DNA of 63,646 bases, filler included, from Octopus bimaculoides (lineage: Eukaryota): the NCBI RefSeq assembly GCF_001194135.2. It is 5 parts of 4 records of this genome, joined end to end, with 100 filler letters (N's around TTAATTAATTAA, not from the genome) between each part and the next. Parts side by side here need not be neighbours in the genome. Positions count along the whole stretch, not along the records: positions 1 to 14,431 come from NC_069007.1; positions 14,532 to 22,966 come from NC_069000.1; 3 more parts are not named here. One strand, 5' to 3'. The number at the start of each line of letters is the position of its first letter. Positions within the stretch are counted from its first letter, which is position 1. The notes beneath the pieces were generated by a model, which was not told the origin of the DNA, ran no database searches, and saw nothing but the letters and a program-made list of their open reading frames with translations. The position numbers and the translations under genes are program-made. This document shows, in pieces, positions 10,666-22,957 of this stretch.

Positions 10666-11945
10666 CTTTTTTATTTTTTGTGCAACTTGTACAAGTGAGG
10701 TCACTATGTCACTTGCAAAACTACATACCCCAAGGGGGCAGCTATGAGCTAGGAGATGAGAAGTATGGGAGAAGAAGGTTCAGAACAGAACAGGCAGACA
10801 AATCGGGCATATCTAGTCCACATATTCTACATAATATAAGTACCAGTTGAACACTGGGGTTGATTTTATATGATCTGATGGGTCTATGGACTGAATACTG
10901 CTCCAGTGTTATATATCACTAGTTAGTCCCATGCCATCAAATATCATGGTTAATTGTAGTATTTTATATATAAATATGGATGGTAAATCAAATTAATACA
11001 CTTGTCAATGTTCACATAAATTCACATACTTCCCTTACACACACACATACTCACATAGAGTTGAAACGCTGTTTGATTTTTCTTTTCAGTGTTGAATGTT
11101 CACCATCCCACCACCCCTTCCTTCCTCATTCATCTATCACTCCTTCGTTTCTCATTCATATATTGTGACAGAGAAAAACACAAGAGCATTATGATAGATT
11201 CTTTTGAAATAGTATATTTCAAAATACACATACAAAACTATAAAGAACAAAAGAGGTTTTCAACCCAATATTTATACACTATTGTTAATAGCTTTATGTG
11301 TGTGCTTTATGACATACTATTCCGGAAAAGAATTATTTCACATTCTCTTGAAAGTTCATCAATTTTTATGATGTCAACAATATACGTATACTAATTAAAT
11401 GTGTTTATAATAAAATGGGGTTAATAAAGCAAGCAAATTGGATGGCAGGACTAAAAACGAAATATTTAAGAAAAACATAATTTTAAAAATAAACCCTGAA
11501 AAAAAAAAGTAATGGCAATATCAATGAAACAAGAAATAACAATTGGTAATTAAATTTGAGTTAGTAATGAGAGAAAGAGAGAGACAAAGAGGGGGAAGAA
11601 TTTTGTTAAGTTTCACTGGTTCATTAAAAGAAATTGGTTAAGAGGACAAGAAATACTTACTAGTAAAACATAAGAAGGAAAGCTAACCTTTTTCATACAA
11701 ACATATATTGAAAAATACTTATTGATTGAACAATTGGTAAAGAGTAATAATGGTGACAATCATGAATAATAATAATAATAATAATAATGATAATTGGACA
11801 GTAATGGTAAACTTAAAAAGCTGATGAGACAGTAAATTAATTAAACTGCATTAAGAGATGCTGCATGCTTCAAATAATATACATATGTACACATACACAC
11901 ATTACTAATAGGTACTATATACATACACACAAATGCATATATATA

Positions 11946-12008
11946 TATAAGGTTTTTAACTTTTAAATTTTCATATTCAAAAGAGATTTAAAAGTTAAAA
12001 ACCTTATA
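11946..12008. repeat. Perfect 23-bp inverted repeat (mini-hairpin) in (TA)n context
   Basis: TATAAGGTTTTTAACTTTTAAAT ... ATTTAAAAGTTAAAAACCTTATA. Confidence 0.9.
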
Positions 12009-12117
12009 ATATAAATATAAACTGTGAGAACAACCCTTAAGGAATCTAGTTAATGATCCCCTAAGGTAAGTTCTTATGCTATATTGGTAACGGTTGCTAC
12101 ATCCTTTGGAAAATTAT

Positions 12118-12154
<37 letters not shown>

Positions 12155-13308
12155 CATTACAAGAACACTAAATTTTGTTTACCAACATTCTCAGTATTGA
12201 GTAATCGATCTTCCAGTTTATAACACACACAAACCCTCCAAATATACACAACTGTTTGTATGTATGTATACATATATATACACAGACACACACACTCACA
12301 TCCTGGTGTTACCTGTTCAGAGGAAAATGGTAAGACCACTGACAATAAAAAAGAAAGCTCAAAATATTAGGACAGTGTCCAGAAATTTATCACAGAACAA
12401 TGAGTCAAACAAAATGTTTTTAGTTGGACTCGTTTAATTATATACACACACACACAGCATTGTTAATACAGAGCACTAAAAGAATTGTGGGAGGAGAGAA
12501 CTGTTTTACAAGAGACAAGCTCCACTCACAAAGAGACTAGATTCTGCTCAACAACAGACTCCACTCATCCATATGCCTATACTCAACAGAGTACATTAAT
12601 CAGGTGATCTCTACTTCACAACAAACTCCACTCATTTGGGAATTTATTCCCCACTGCACAACTGCTGATTGCACTCGGCTGACAAGACTCAGGACAAGAA
12701 ATTTGCAAAGCAACACTTTTTATTCAGCCGTTTAACCTGAAATTCCAAACAGATATTACTTACCAGGAAATCTCCTCAGCAGAGTTAAAGAGAATCAGGA
12801 GCAACAATGCATGCTGAATCATTCCTTCACACACCAAATATACATTCTGAACATCATCATAGCAACCATTGCAATTATCAAAATCACCTCCATCAAAAGT
12901 AGCAATATTGTGCATACATGCATACAAATATATACATATGTATAGTCAAACATTTCTATTGCTCAGAGCAACTACGAATAGTGAAAAGAGGAAAACTTAG
13001 AGTAGAAATAAAATGAAGTGTGTCAACTTCAAATAAATGAATGAACTTGACAACATACATTGCGGCATCAAATAATTTTAAAAATTTGTATGTAAAATTA
13101 AATGCATACAAAAGCACGCACATACAGTCAATTATTTTAAGAAATATATTAAGGACTCAGAAACTTATCTGTTTGAAACTGTAACAACAGTTTGAAACTG
13201 ACAGTAATCCTGAGTCCGTAATGAATTTTTAAATTTATATCTTGTACAAACACACACATATATAAATGAGTGCTATCTTATTTTGACTTCTCAACTGGCA
13301 ATCACTGT

Positions 13309-13350
<42 letters not shown>

Positions 13351-13764
13351 TATATATTTAGACCTATCTAGTAGACGTGCAGACATGTCAAATATACCTA
13401 TTTCTCCATAGTTTGTAAAAATGACGAACAACCTTGATTTTCAGGCTTTATTGGGGTCTCGTCAGGTGTCAACATCACTTGACCAACCCGAGAGAAATAA
13501 GTAGCTAATATATATATACATGTATACACACATATCAAATCTAGTAACTCCAGAGAGCAGGAGCCACTGCGTTGCATGTGTACAAGCATGTAACAATTAC
13601 ATTATTCGAAAGTCATAACATTCATTTCAAACGCACATCATTATATACACTCCTATTTTATTTTACAACAAGTATTGCTCATTCAGAAACGACAAAAGAT
13701 TCCCTGTTCCATCTACAATATGGTCACAGGCAGTAATCCACTTGCCAAGCATGTAAGACAGAGT

Positions 13765-14088
13765 AAAGACCCCCTTCGGTTATGAATGACTATGGGATTG
13801 TACCTTGAAAGTTACCCACCAAGGCACAAATCCAGGCAAGATTATTTATGGAAGAGTAGTAGTCACCCATGCATAACAAACTCCCCTCTCCATACCACTG
13901 ATGTTATCCAAGGGGTAAGGCTTCGGACCAGTGATGTCGCAACTCATTTCTACAGATGAGCGAACTGGAGCAACATGAAATAAAGTGTATTGCTCAAGAA
14001 CACCACACACATCTTGGTCCAGGGATCGAACTCACTACTTCATGATTGTGAGCTCAATGCTCTAACCACTAAGCCATATGCCTTCATA
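13765..14088 (-). mobile_element. tRNA-derived SINE (distinct family)
   Basis: A-box-like TGGCTTAGTGGTTAGAG and B-box-like GTTCGATCCC on the minus strand at 14020-14085; a related plus-strand head lies at 24665-24800. Confidence 0.65.
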
Positions 14089-14531
14089 TGCCAAGCATGT
14101 ACAACTCCAACTTATACACACACACACACACACACACATCAATTACAGTTTGACTCAGCTCGACATGACTTAGTCTCATGGGTTACGTGCTCATGCTTCC
14201 AGCATAGACATGTCCAACATGTCTATGCCAAGATAGACATGTCCAACACACACATGAAACTAAAAGTCATTTGGAACTGAGTCAAACAATTGAATAACTT
14301 CTGCCAGATGTATTGAGTACTGCTTTCCTTCATCTGTTCGCACACATGTGCATATAGATAAATTTATGTATATATACACACACACATACACACAAAAATT
14401 TTGTAGAAGCTACAGAGGATACATGCAACTANNNNNNNNNNNNNNNNNNNNNNNNNNNNNNNNNNNNNNNNNNNNTTAATTAATTAANNNNNNNNNNNNN
14501 NNNNNNNNNNNNNNNNNNNNNNNNNNNNNNN

Positions 14532-14587
<56 letters not shown>

Positions 14588-14603
14588 CTTGTTTTATATT
14601 TTT

Positions 14604-14995
14604 TCTTTCACCTGTTTCAGTGTTTCAGTCGTCAGAATGTGGTCATACTGGGACACCACCTTGAAGAATGAATCAACCCAGTACTTATTTTGTAAAGCCC
14701 TGTACTCATTCAATCGATGTTTTCTTACGAACCGCTAAGTCTGAGGGTACGTAACCACATCAAAACCGATTTTCAAGCAGTGGTGGGGGACAAAAACGGA
14801 TAAAACACACATACACTTAGTATATATTTATATATACGACGGTTTTCTTTCAGTTTCCGTCTACCAAATCCACTCACAAGGCTTTGATCGGCCCGAGGTT
14901 ATAATAGAAGACACTTGCCGAAGGTGCCACGCAGAGGGACTGAACCCGGAACCATGTGGTTGGTAGGGAAGCTACTTACCACACAACCACTCCTG
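14604..14995 (-). mobile_element. SINE family B, near full length
   Basis: CTTTCAGTTTCCGTCTACCAAATCCACTCACAAGGC...CCATGTGGTTGGTAGGGAAGCTACTTACCACACAACCACTCCTG. Confidence 0.85.
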
Positions 14996-15981
14996 TTGAG
15001 AGTCCATGTATTGTTTTGGTTTAAATGTACATATTGCTAGAAACAGTTGGGTTTCTTTTTCTGTTGTTCTACATAGTTCAGACTACACAAGTTAATGTCT
15101 GACAAGCAAAATAGGAATTTTGAAAGATGTATCTCTAAGACTAGTTTTTAAACATCCAATGGTTATGGGGTCCACCAAAATAAAATAGTAACCAAAGGGG
15201 TGGAGGTATAGGTAAAAAATTGTTTTCGGAACCATTGATATAGAGTATATACAGCATATATTTTTTTTATCTTTTATCTTTTACTTGTTTCAATCATTTG
15301 GACCACGACCATGCTGGGGCACCTCCTGGAAGAATTTTACTCGAACGAGTCGACCCCAGAATTTTTTCTTCTTTTAATGGCTAGTACTTATTTTATTGGG
15401 GCTATTTACTAAACCGCTAATTTATGCAGACGTAAACACGCCGACTGCGCTTGACAAGCGGAGGTGGGATATACAAATATTAAGACCCGCGCACACGCAC
15501 AAACACACACACACACACACACACATTCGACAAGCTTCTTTCAGTTTCTGTCTACCAAATTATTTGGTTGGAAAACCAGCTTCCTACGACACAGCCCCGC
15601 CTGTGTCTCCCAGGTTTTCTTATATATCTTTAATAATACGAAAGATAAGTAACTATTCAGAGATGCCTTAGCTGTTATAAATATTCATGTACTTTATACA
15701 CGTACGAGGACAGATACGCATTTACATATTAGCATATGCATATTTTTACTCCCATTGCTTCGTCCATTCTCGCTGTCTTTAACTTGTTAGTAATAACCAA
15801 GTGGTAACGAGTAAAACTCCACCCACATGGGACTGATGAAGTGGAGAGAATATCAGATAAACATGAAGGTAGAGGAAGAGGGTGAGAAAGATAGTTAGAA
15901 TACATAGGATAAACGTGAGGGAGAGAGCGAGATTAACAGGACAGCGCACGCGCACTGACTGACTTGAGTCATTTCTGTTAA

Positions 15982-16216
15982 TATTAGGTTGTCCGGAAAG
16001 TTCGTGCCGATTTTTTTAAAGGAAAGAAAAAGGTCAAATAAATGCTTGCCATTACATTTTTAATCAACCAAATATGAAACATTTTGTTGTACAATACGTC
16101 TCCATCTTTCCTTTAACTTGAAAATACCCTCTTCCCAGAATTGAGATGGTTTCATGGCAGATAAGTCGAAAGGTAAGCTACTATAAATCGGCACGAACTT
16201 TCCGGACAACCCAATA
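15982..16216. mobile_element. Non-autonomous mariner MITE
   Basis: TIRs TA-TTAGGTTGTCCGGAAAGTTCGTGCCGATTT / AAATCGGCACGAACTTTCCGGACAACCCAA-TA with TA target duplication. Confidence 0.9.
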
Positions 16217-16948
16217 GTATTGTCTTGTATGAAAGAATTATTATTTCTATGTTTGAAGGCGGCAAACTGGCAGAATAGTTAGGACGCCTGGGAAAATGTT
16301 TTTTCGTCTGTCTACACGTTCTGAGTTAACATTCCGCCGGAGTCGATAGATAGACAGACAGACAGACAGACTGGTAGATAGATAGATAGATAGATAGATA
16401 GATTGATTGATTGATTGATTGACTGAAAGAAATGATGTCTTTACAGTTGTCTAAAGAGGGCCATATACGAGTTAGAAACACATGAATTTCTTTATCACTG
16501 GTGACTTGAAATCAGTATTGAATTCTATATCGCGTTTTTTATATTTTACAAAATTTCAATGAATGGCATTCTATTAGAGTAATCTCCCTTGCTTCACACT
16601 ATTACGTTCTACTTATATTCAATGGGGAGTTGTTGCTCACTAATCGTGCGGTGATGGTTGTATTATATCATATATAAGTACCTAGCTTATTTGTATTTAA
16701 TACTGCATTATGGCTTCCCCAGGGTATTTTATTTCCGTCCCCTTTATTATGCGCATCAGTGTGTGTGTCTCTCTCTTTCTTGCTCTCTGTCTCTGTCTGT
16801 CTGTCTGTCTGTCTGTCTTTCTGTCTGTCTGTCTATCTGTCTCTTTTTGTCTGTGTGTGTGTGTGTATATATGGAAAATATNNNNNNNNNNNNNNNNNNN
16901 NNNNNNNNNNNNNNNNNNNNNNNNNNNNNNNNNNNNNNNNNNNNNNNN

Positions 16949-17005
<57 letters not shown>

Positions 17006-17061
17006 CTTGCTAGATACATAGATAAGTAGATAGATAGATAGACAGATAGATAGATAGATAA

Positions 17062-17106
<45 letters not shown>

Positions 17107-17255
17107 ACGATATAGTGATATGTACATATATATCCATATACCAATATATCTATGCATCGTGCTACATTATCATGCTCATAACATATATACATATTATATA
17201 TATATATATATATACACTCACGCACACATACAAGCATACATATATGTGTGTATAT

Positions 17256-17343
<88 letters not shown>

Positions 17344-17794
17344 AGACGGGTGAATGAACAAATGAAAGAACGAGGCACTCAGTACATGTAGTAGAAGTTA
17401 CATATATTTTATTATTTAAAACAATTTGATTTGGCTTCATGCGACTTAAAACGCTTTCGTACACTTTACAGAAACCTAAATCCTCGCGCATAAATAATGT
17501 GTGTGTGTGTGTGTGTAGTAGTAGTAGTTGTAGTAGTAGTAGTAGTAGTAGTAGTAGTGTTCTGCTATTGGCGGGCTGAACAAGAAAAGTACTCCATCCA
17601 ACGAGAGATAACTATCATTTAAAATATAAGGAAAAAACATGGCTATCTTATTTTTCCCGTAAGACCGGCCATGTTGGGTATTCGATCCTGAAGAATGCTT
17701 GGAGGCACAACACACAATTTATAAATCTGCCGAATTATTGTGTTTCTACAGCATGAAACTATTAGTACCCTGTATTTAAATACTATATTAAATC

Positions 17795-17920
<126 letters not shown>

Positions 17921-18549
17921 AAATGGGTGTGTGTGTGAGAGTATAAATGTGTTTGTAAATGCGTGAGGGTGTAGGTATTTCATAGCCCTGTTTTGTATGG
18001 TATGTATTCCGCGTGGGTCCAGGTTCGAACATGTCTTTCTTCATTTGGCCCGGCCGATCCTGTCCAAGTGTGCGATGCTGACCTCTCAAATATCTTCTCT
18101 TCGTTTATCTGCACATGAATAATTCCTTATATGAGCTTTCATTATCTCCTTTAGCTGATTTGTACAGCTCCCTTGCAGACCATTTGCTCATCACTGCGGC
18201 CTTCATGTCCATGCCAGACATGTTCCAGGAAAAGATATCACTTTCCTGATCATCATTACGTATCTATGAATATCTTGTCCAAATTAATCAACCATCAACA
18301 CATATTTGCGAATGGCTTGATTTAAATTATCAAAAGTATTGCTCAGCGAAATACCCATATCTCCATAATAGACAATAATCGTTAATGTTTTATAGGGTTT
18401 GCTAAGTCTCAGATCCATATATATATATATANNNNNNNNNNNNNNNNNNNNNNNNNNNNNNNNNNNNNNNNNNNNNNNNNNNNNNNNNNNNNNNNNNNNN
18501 NNNNNNNNNNNNNNNNNNNNNNNNNNNNNNNNNNNNNNNNNNNNNNNAT

Positions 18550-18720
18550 GAATGGAACAAAAACGCAAATAGAGTACAATAAAAACAATCGGACAGATAG
18601 ACGATACAAGGCGGACAAGAAAAACAACAATTAGAAGGACAGGCAAAAATAGACGGGTCATTCGTGGCCTTCTTTCCTCAGTCAAGTCCCGTACATGCAT
18701 AATGTCCGCTCCTAGTCATA
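18550..18720 (+). repeat. TA-adjacent purine-rich dispersed repeat (same family as 41725-41785 reverse and 62700-62835)
   Basis: Shared GACGxGTCATTCGTxGCCTTCTTTCCTCAGTCAAGT with 62798-62833. Confidence 0.75.
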
Positions 18721-19892
18721 TATAACCATTCCCTAAAGCCTCAAACGGCTTAAATCTACTCTCTCTGTTAAAAACCTGCCTGGGTTTAAAAAGTCTAACA
18801 GTCTTTGTAAAACGTAATCATCTGTCCCAGAAGTGCCTTGCGAGAACGCGGAAAACATTTCGACTCCCATGCGCCTCGTTAATGGTGTGTATTCGCAGCC
18901 AACCACGTGGTTAGACTAGACTTGACGCTTCCGGTATATAGGTAAACTGTAAAAGGCTTTCACAGGAATTCCGAATAGATGCGCGAGAGAATGAAGTACA
19001 CAGCTAAATGTAACTTCATAATATTCATTTGTCAATTATTCAGAAATCACTGACGATGATAAATGTACGGCAATGGTTACGTGTGAAATCGTCATTTGTC
19101 ACAATTACCGGTATTACTAATTTACTAAGTTATTATTCAGTGGTAATGCTACCCTTTACGATGCGCGTACTGTCATCAAGTTTAATTGTCGTGTGTAGAG
19201 TGATGAAAATTCTCACGAGACACTTCATCATTGCTTTCAAACGGTGACGGTTATTGGTTGAGCTGGCAACACAACGTATATCGTTATGGTTCGTATTTTC
19301 GTGTCTGCTATACAAGGAATATCTAATTCGAATTCATGAAAGAAAAAGTTTTGGTACCATAGAATAAAACGACAAGAATACTTCTGAACAAGAAACTGCA
19401 CTAGTAAACTTAGGACCATATGTACGACAATTCCTTAACGCATAATTTACAAGAAGTCGGTCGGGTAGAGAACGGGGTAAATTTAGGTCACATAGAAACC
19501 GCGATCTCACTCGTTTAGATTTTTTCTTTGGGAACTGGGAACTATATTTCGAATCAAGTCTGCAGAACTGAAACCACAGATGTTGAGCATTTAGAGCAAG
19601 AATCGAAGTTGTGATGAAAATTCCAAATGCAAATTTCTTGTCGGATTAGACATTAGCAGATAAAATTTACATATATATTTACATATGTGGATGTATTGTT
19701 ACAATGTCTTAGAATGGTGGCAGCTGATGAAGAAAATGTTCTCTATGTGGCCTGTGTGTTTTCTGTACTCTGTTCCTCATTTTTTCTGTTTTGTTTGCAA
19801 CGGCCTGTACCCGGATAGGCATCTATATATACAGGTAGATGTAGGTATGTACATACATGTACGTATATATGCATATACTCATTTATTATTTG

Positions 19893-19926
<34 letters not shown>

Positions 19927-20624
19927 NNNNNNNNNNNNNNNNNNNNNNNNNNNNNNNNNNNNNNNNNNNNNNNNNNNNNNNNNNNNNNNNNNNNNNNNNN
20001 NNNNNNNNNNNNNNNNNNNNNNNNNNNNNNNNNNNNNNNNNNNNNNNNNNNNNNNNNNNNNNNNNNNNNNNNNNNNNNNNNNNNNNNNNNNNNNNNNNNN
20101 NNNNNNNNNNNNNNNNNNNNNNNNNNNNNNNNNNNNNNNNNNNNNNNNNNNNNNNNNNNNNNNNNNNNNNNNNNNNNNNNNNNNNNNNNNNNNNNNNNNN
20201 NNNNNNNNNNNNNNNNNNNNNNNNNNNNNNNNNNNNNNNNNNNNNNNNNNNNNNNNNNNNNNNNNNNNNNNNNNNNNNNNNNNNNNNNNNNNNNNNNNNN
20301 NNNNNNNNNNNNNNNNNNNNNNNNNNNNNNNNNNNNNNNNNNNNNNNNNNNNNNNNNNNNNNNNNNNNNNNNNNNNNNNNNNNNNNNNNNNNNNNNNNNN
20401 NNNNNNNNNNNNNNNNNNNNNNNNNNNNNNNNNNNNNNNNNNNNNNNNNNNNNNNNNNNNNNNNNNNNNNNNNNNNNNNNNNNNNNNNNNNNNNNNNNNN
20501 NNNNNNNNNNNNNNNNNNNNNNNNNNNNNNNNNNNNNNNNNNNNNNNNNNNNNNNNNNNNNNNNNNNNNNNNNNNNNNNNNNNNNNNNNNNNNNNNNNNN
20601 NNNNNNNNNNNNNNNNNNNNNNNN

Positions 20625-20658
<34 letters not shown>

Positions 20659-22901
20659 AAATATATGTATGTATTATATGCAACTGTTTATATCTGTGCG
20701 CGTGTAATTGTGTGTATCCACGCATATGAAGTGTATGTATATAATTATATATGTATGCATGCATGTATGTATATATGTATGTATGTATATGCTTCTATGG
20801 TGCAAAAAATTGTTCAAATCGTAATTTGGTGAACGAGAAGAAGCTTCCGTTCCTTCAGGCATGCATTTCAAATGGCCTCTAGAAACCGAGTCTCTAGAAA
20901 CCTGGTTTCCCGTGCAGCTTCGTTCAAGAAATTCTATTTTAGTAAGATGAGAATGGCTGTTCTTGTAAAGCCAATAATTCGTGGGAGAAGAATTGTCAGG
21001 TAGTAAAGCCACTTTCAATGCGAGGAGGGAAAAATTCCGATTTCAAACTTCGGCTGAATAACATTTACTCAAATTGATGACAAATAAATCTGAAGTAACA
21101 AATCTAAGAGAGTTTAAACGGTGGTGGTGGTGGGGGGGGGGTCATCTCCTTTCTTGGAAGTTTTACACGATAGTTGTTCATGCTTTGTATTGACAGTTAT
21201 CATTCACTTGTAAAGAATCGAAGGTTTAAAGAGCGGATCTTTCTACAATAAGAAATGGTTTCTGATGAGAAATTCGTGAAAGAGTAAGCCATGGAAAGGA
21301 TATTAGAGCGATGATTCGTCAGGAGACATGAAGGGGTAAGAGGTAAGAAGTAACCTAAAGGTACTGTGCCAGAAACAAAGTAACTGCATCGAAACAACAA
21401 CGATCTACAAGGAATTATAGTGAATCTTTTAGTGTTTCATTTAGCTTGATGTCTTAAGTCACACCAAATATTGTGGTACAACAAAAGAGTGAACTACACG
21501 AAATCAGGTGACAATACACGAGTAACAATAACTAAAGACAGGTGCATACACACATACATACATCCATCCATACATACATACGTATGTACGTACATACATA
21601 CATATATACATACATACATACACAAATACATACATACGTACACACATACATATATATATTGTTATATTTATAAATGCATGTGTGCATATGTGTTCATGTA
21701 TGCATAAATTCATATATATATATATGTATACATATATATATATTATGTATTGTATATATNNNNNNNNNNNNNNNNNNNNNNNNNNNNNNNNNNNNNNNNN
21801 NNNNNNNNNNNNNNNNNNNNNNNNNNNNNNNNNNNNNNNNNNNNNNNNNNNNNNNNNNNNNNNNNNNNNNNNNNNNNNNNNNNNNNNNNNNNNNNNNNNN
21901 NNNNNNNNNNNNNNNNNNNNNNNNNNNNNNNNNNNNNNNNNNNNNNNNNNNNNNNNNNNNNNNNNNNNNNNNNNNNNNNNNNNNNNNNNNNNNNNNNNNN
22001 NNNNNNNNNNNNNNNNNNNNNNNNNNNNNNNNNNNNNNNNNNNNNNNNNNNNNNNNNNNNNNNNNNNNNNNNNNNNNNNNNNNNNNNNNNNNNNNNNNNN
22101 NNNNNNNNNNNNNNNNNNNNNNNNNNNNNNNNNNNNNNNNNNNNNNNNNNNNNNNNNNNNNNNNNNNNNNNNNNNNNNNNNNNNNNNNNNNNNNNNNNNN
22201 NNNNNNNNNNNNNNNNNNNNNNNNNNNNNNNNNNNNNNNNNNNNNNNNNNNNNNNNNNNNNNNNNNNNNNNNNNNNNNNNNNNNNNNNNNNNNNNNNNNN
22301 NNNNNNNNNNNNNNNNNNNNNNNNNNNNNNNNNNNNNNNNNNNNNNNNNNNNNNNNNNNNNNNNNNNNNNNNNNNNNNNNNNNNNNNNNNNNNNNNNNNN
22401 NNNNNNNNNNNNNNNNNNNNNNNNNNNNNNNNNNNNNNNNNNNNNNNNNNNNNNNNNNNNNNNNNNNNNNNNNNNNNNNNNNNNNNNNNNNNNNNNNNNN
22501 NNNNNNNNNNNNNNNNNNNNNNNNNNNNNNNNNNNNNNNNNNNNNNNNNNNNNNNNNNNNNNNNNNNNNNATATATATATATATATACATGTATGTATAT
22601 ATGTTTGTATGTGTACATGCATGCGTGTGTGTATGCATGTATGTAAGTATGTATATAAATTTCTATAGGAGAAAAATTCATACATGAATACATTTCTGTG
22701 TGTGTGTGTGTGTGTGTGTGGTTGTTCGTACATGCAGTGAGATAGGGGGCGGAGCGCTTGAGAAAGATTAAAAGATATAATCCGGTATATACAAACCAAG
22801 TTCTATGCATACATATACTCACACACAGTCACAGAAGTGTGTGTACACACATATGCAGATACATACACACACACACACACGCACACACACACACGCACAC
22901 A

Positions 22902-22957
<56 letters not shown>

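Noticed and set aside
12764-12813. Minus-strand 50-nt exon with a strong CCTG|GTAAGT donor
   Set aside because: Open only phase 0 to 2 (HALLLLILFNSAEEIS), incompatible with the phase-0 start of 9328, and no AP180 similarity.
13425-13470. Minus-strand CTGACGA...GAAA hammerhead-like words
   Set aside because: Stems I and II do not pair.
14476-14487. TTAATTAATTAA inside N runs (also 23011, 41830, 54488)
   Set aside because: Identical 12-mer always embedded between N runs, with stop codons in all six frames; a scaffolding linker, not biology.
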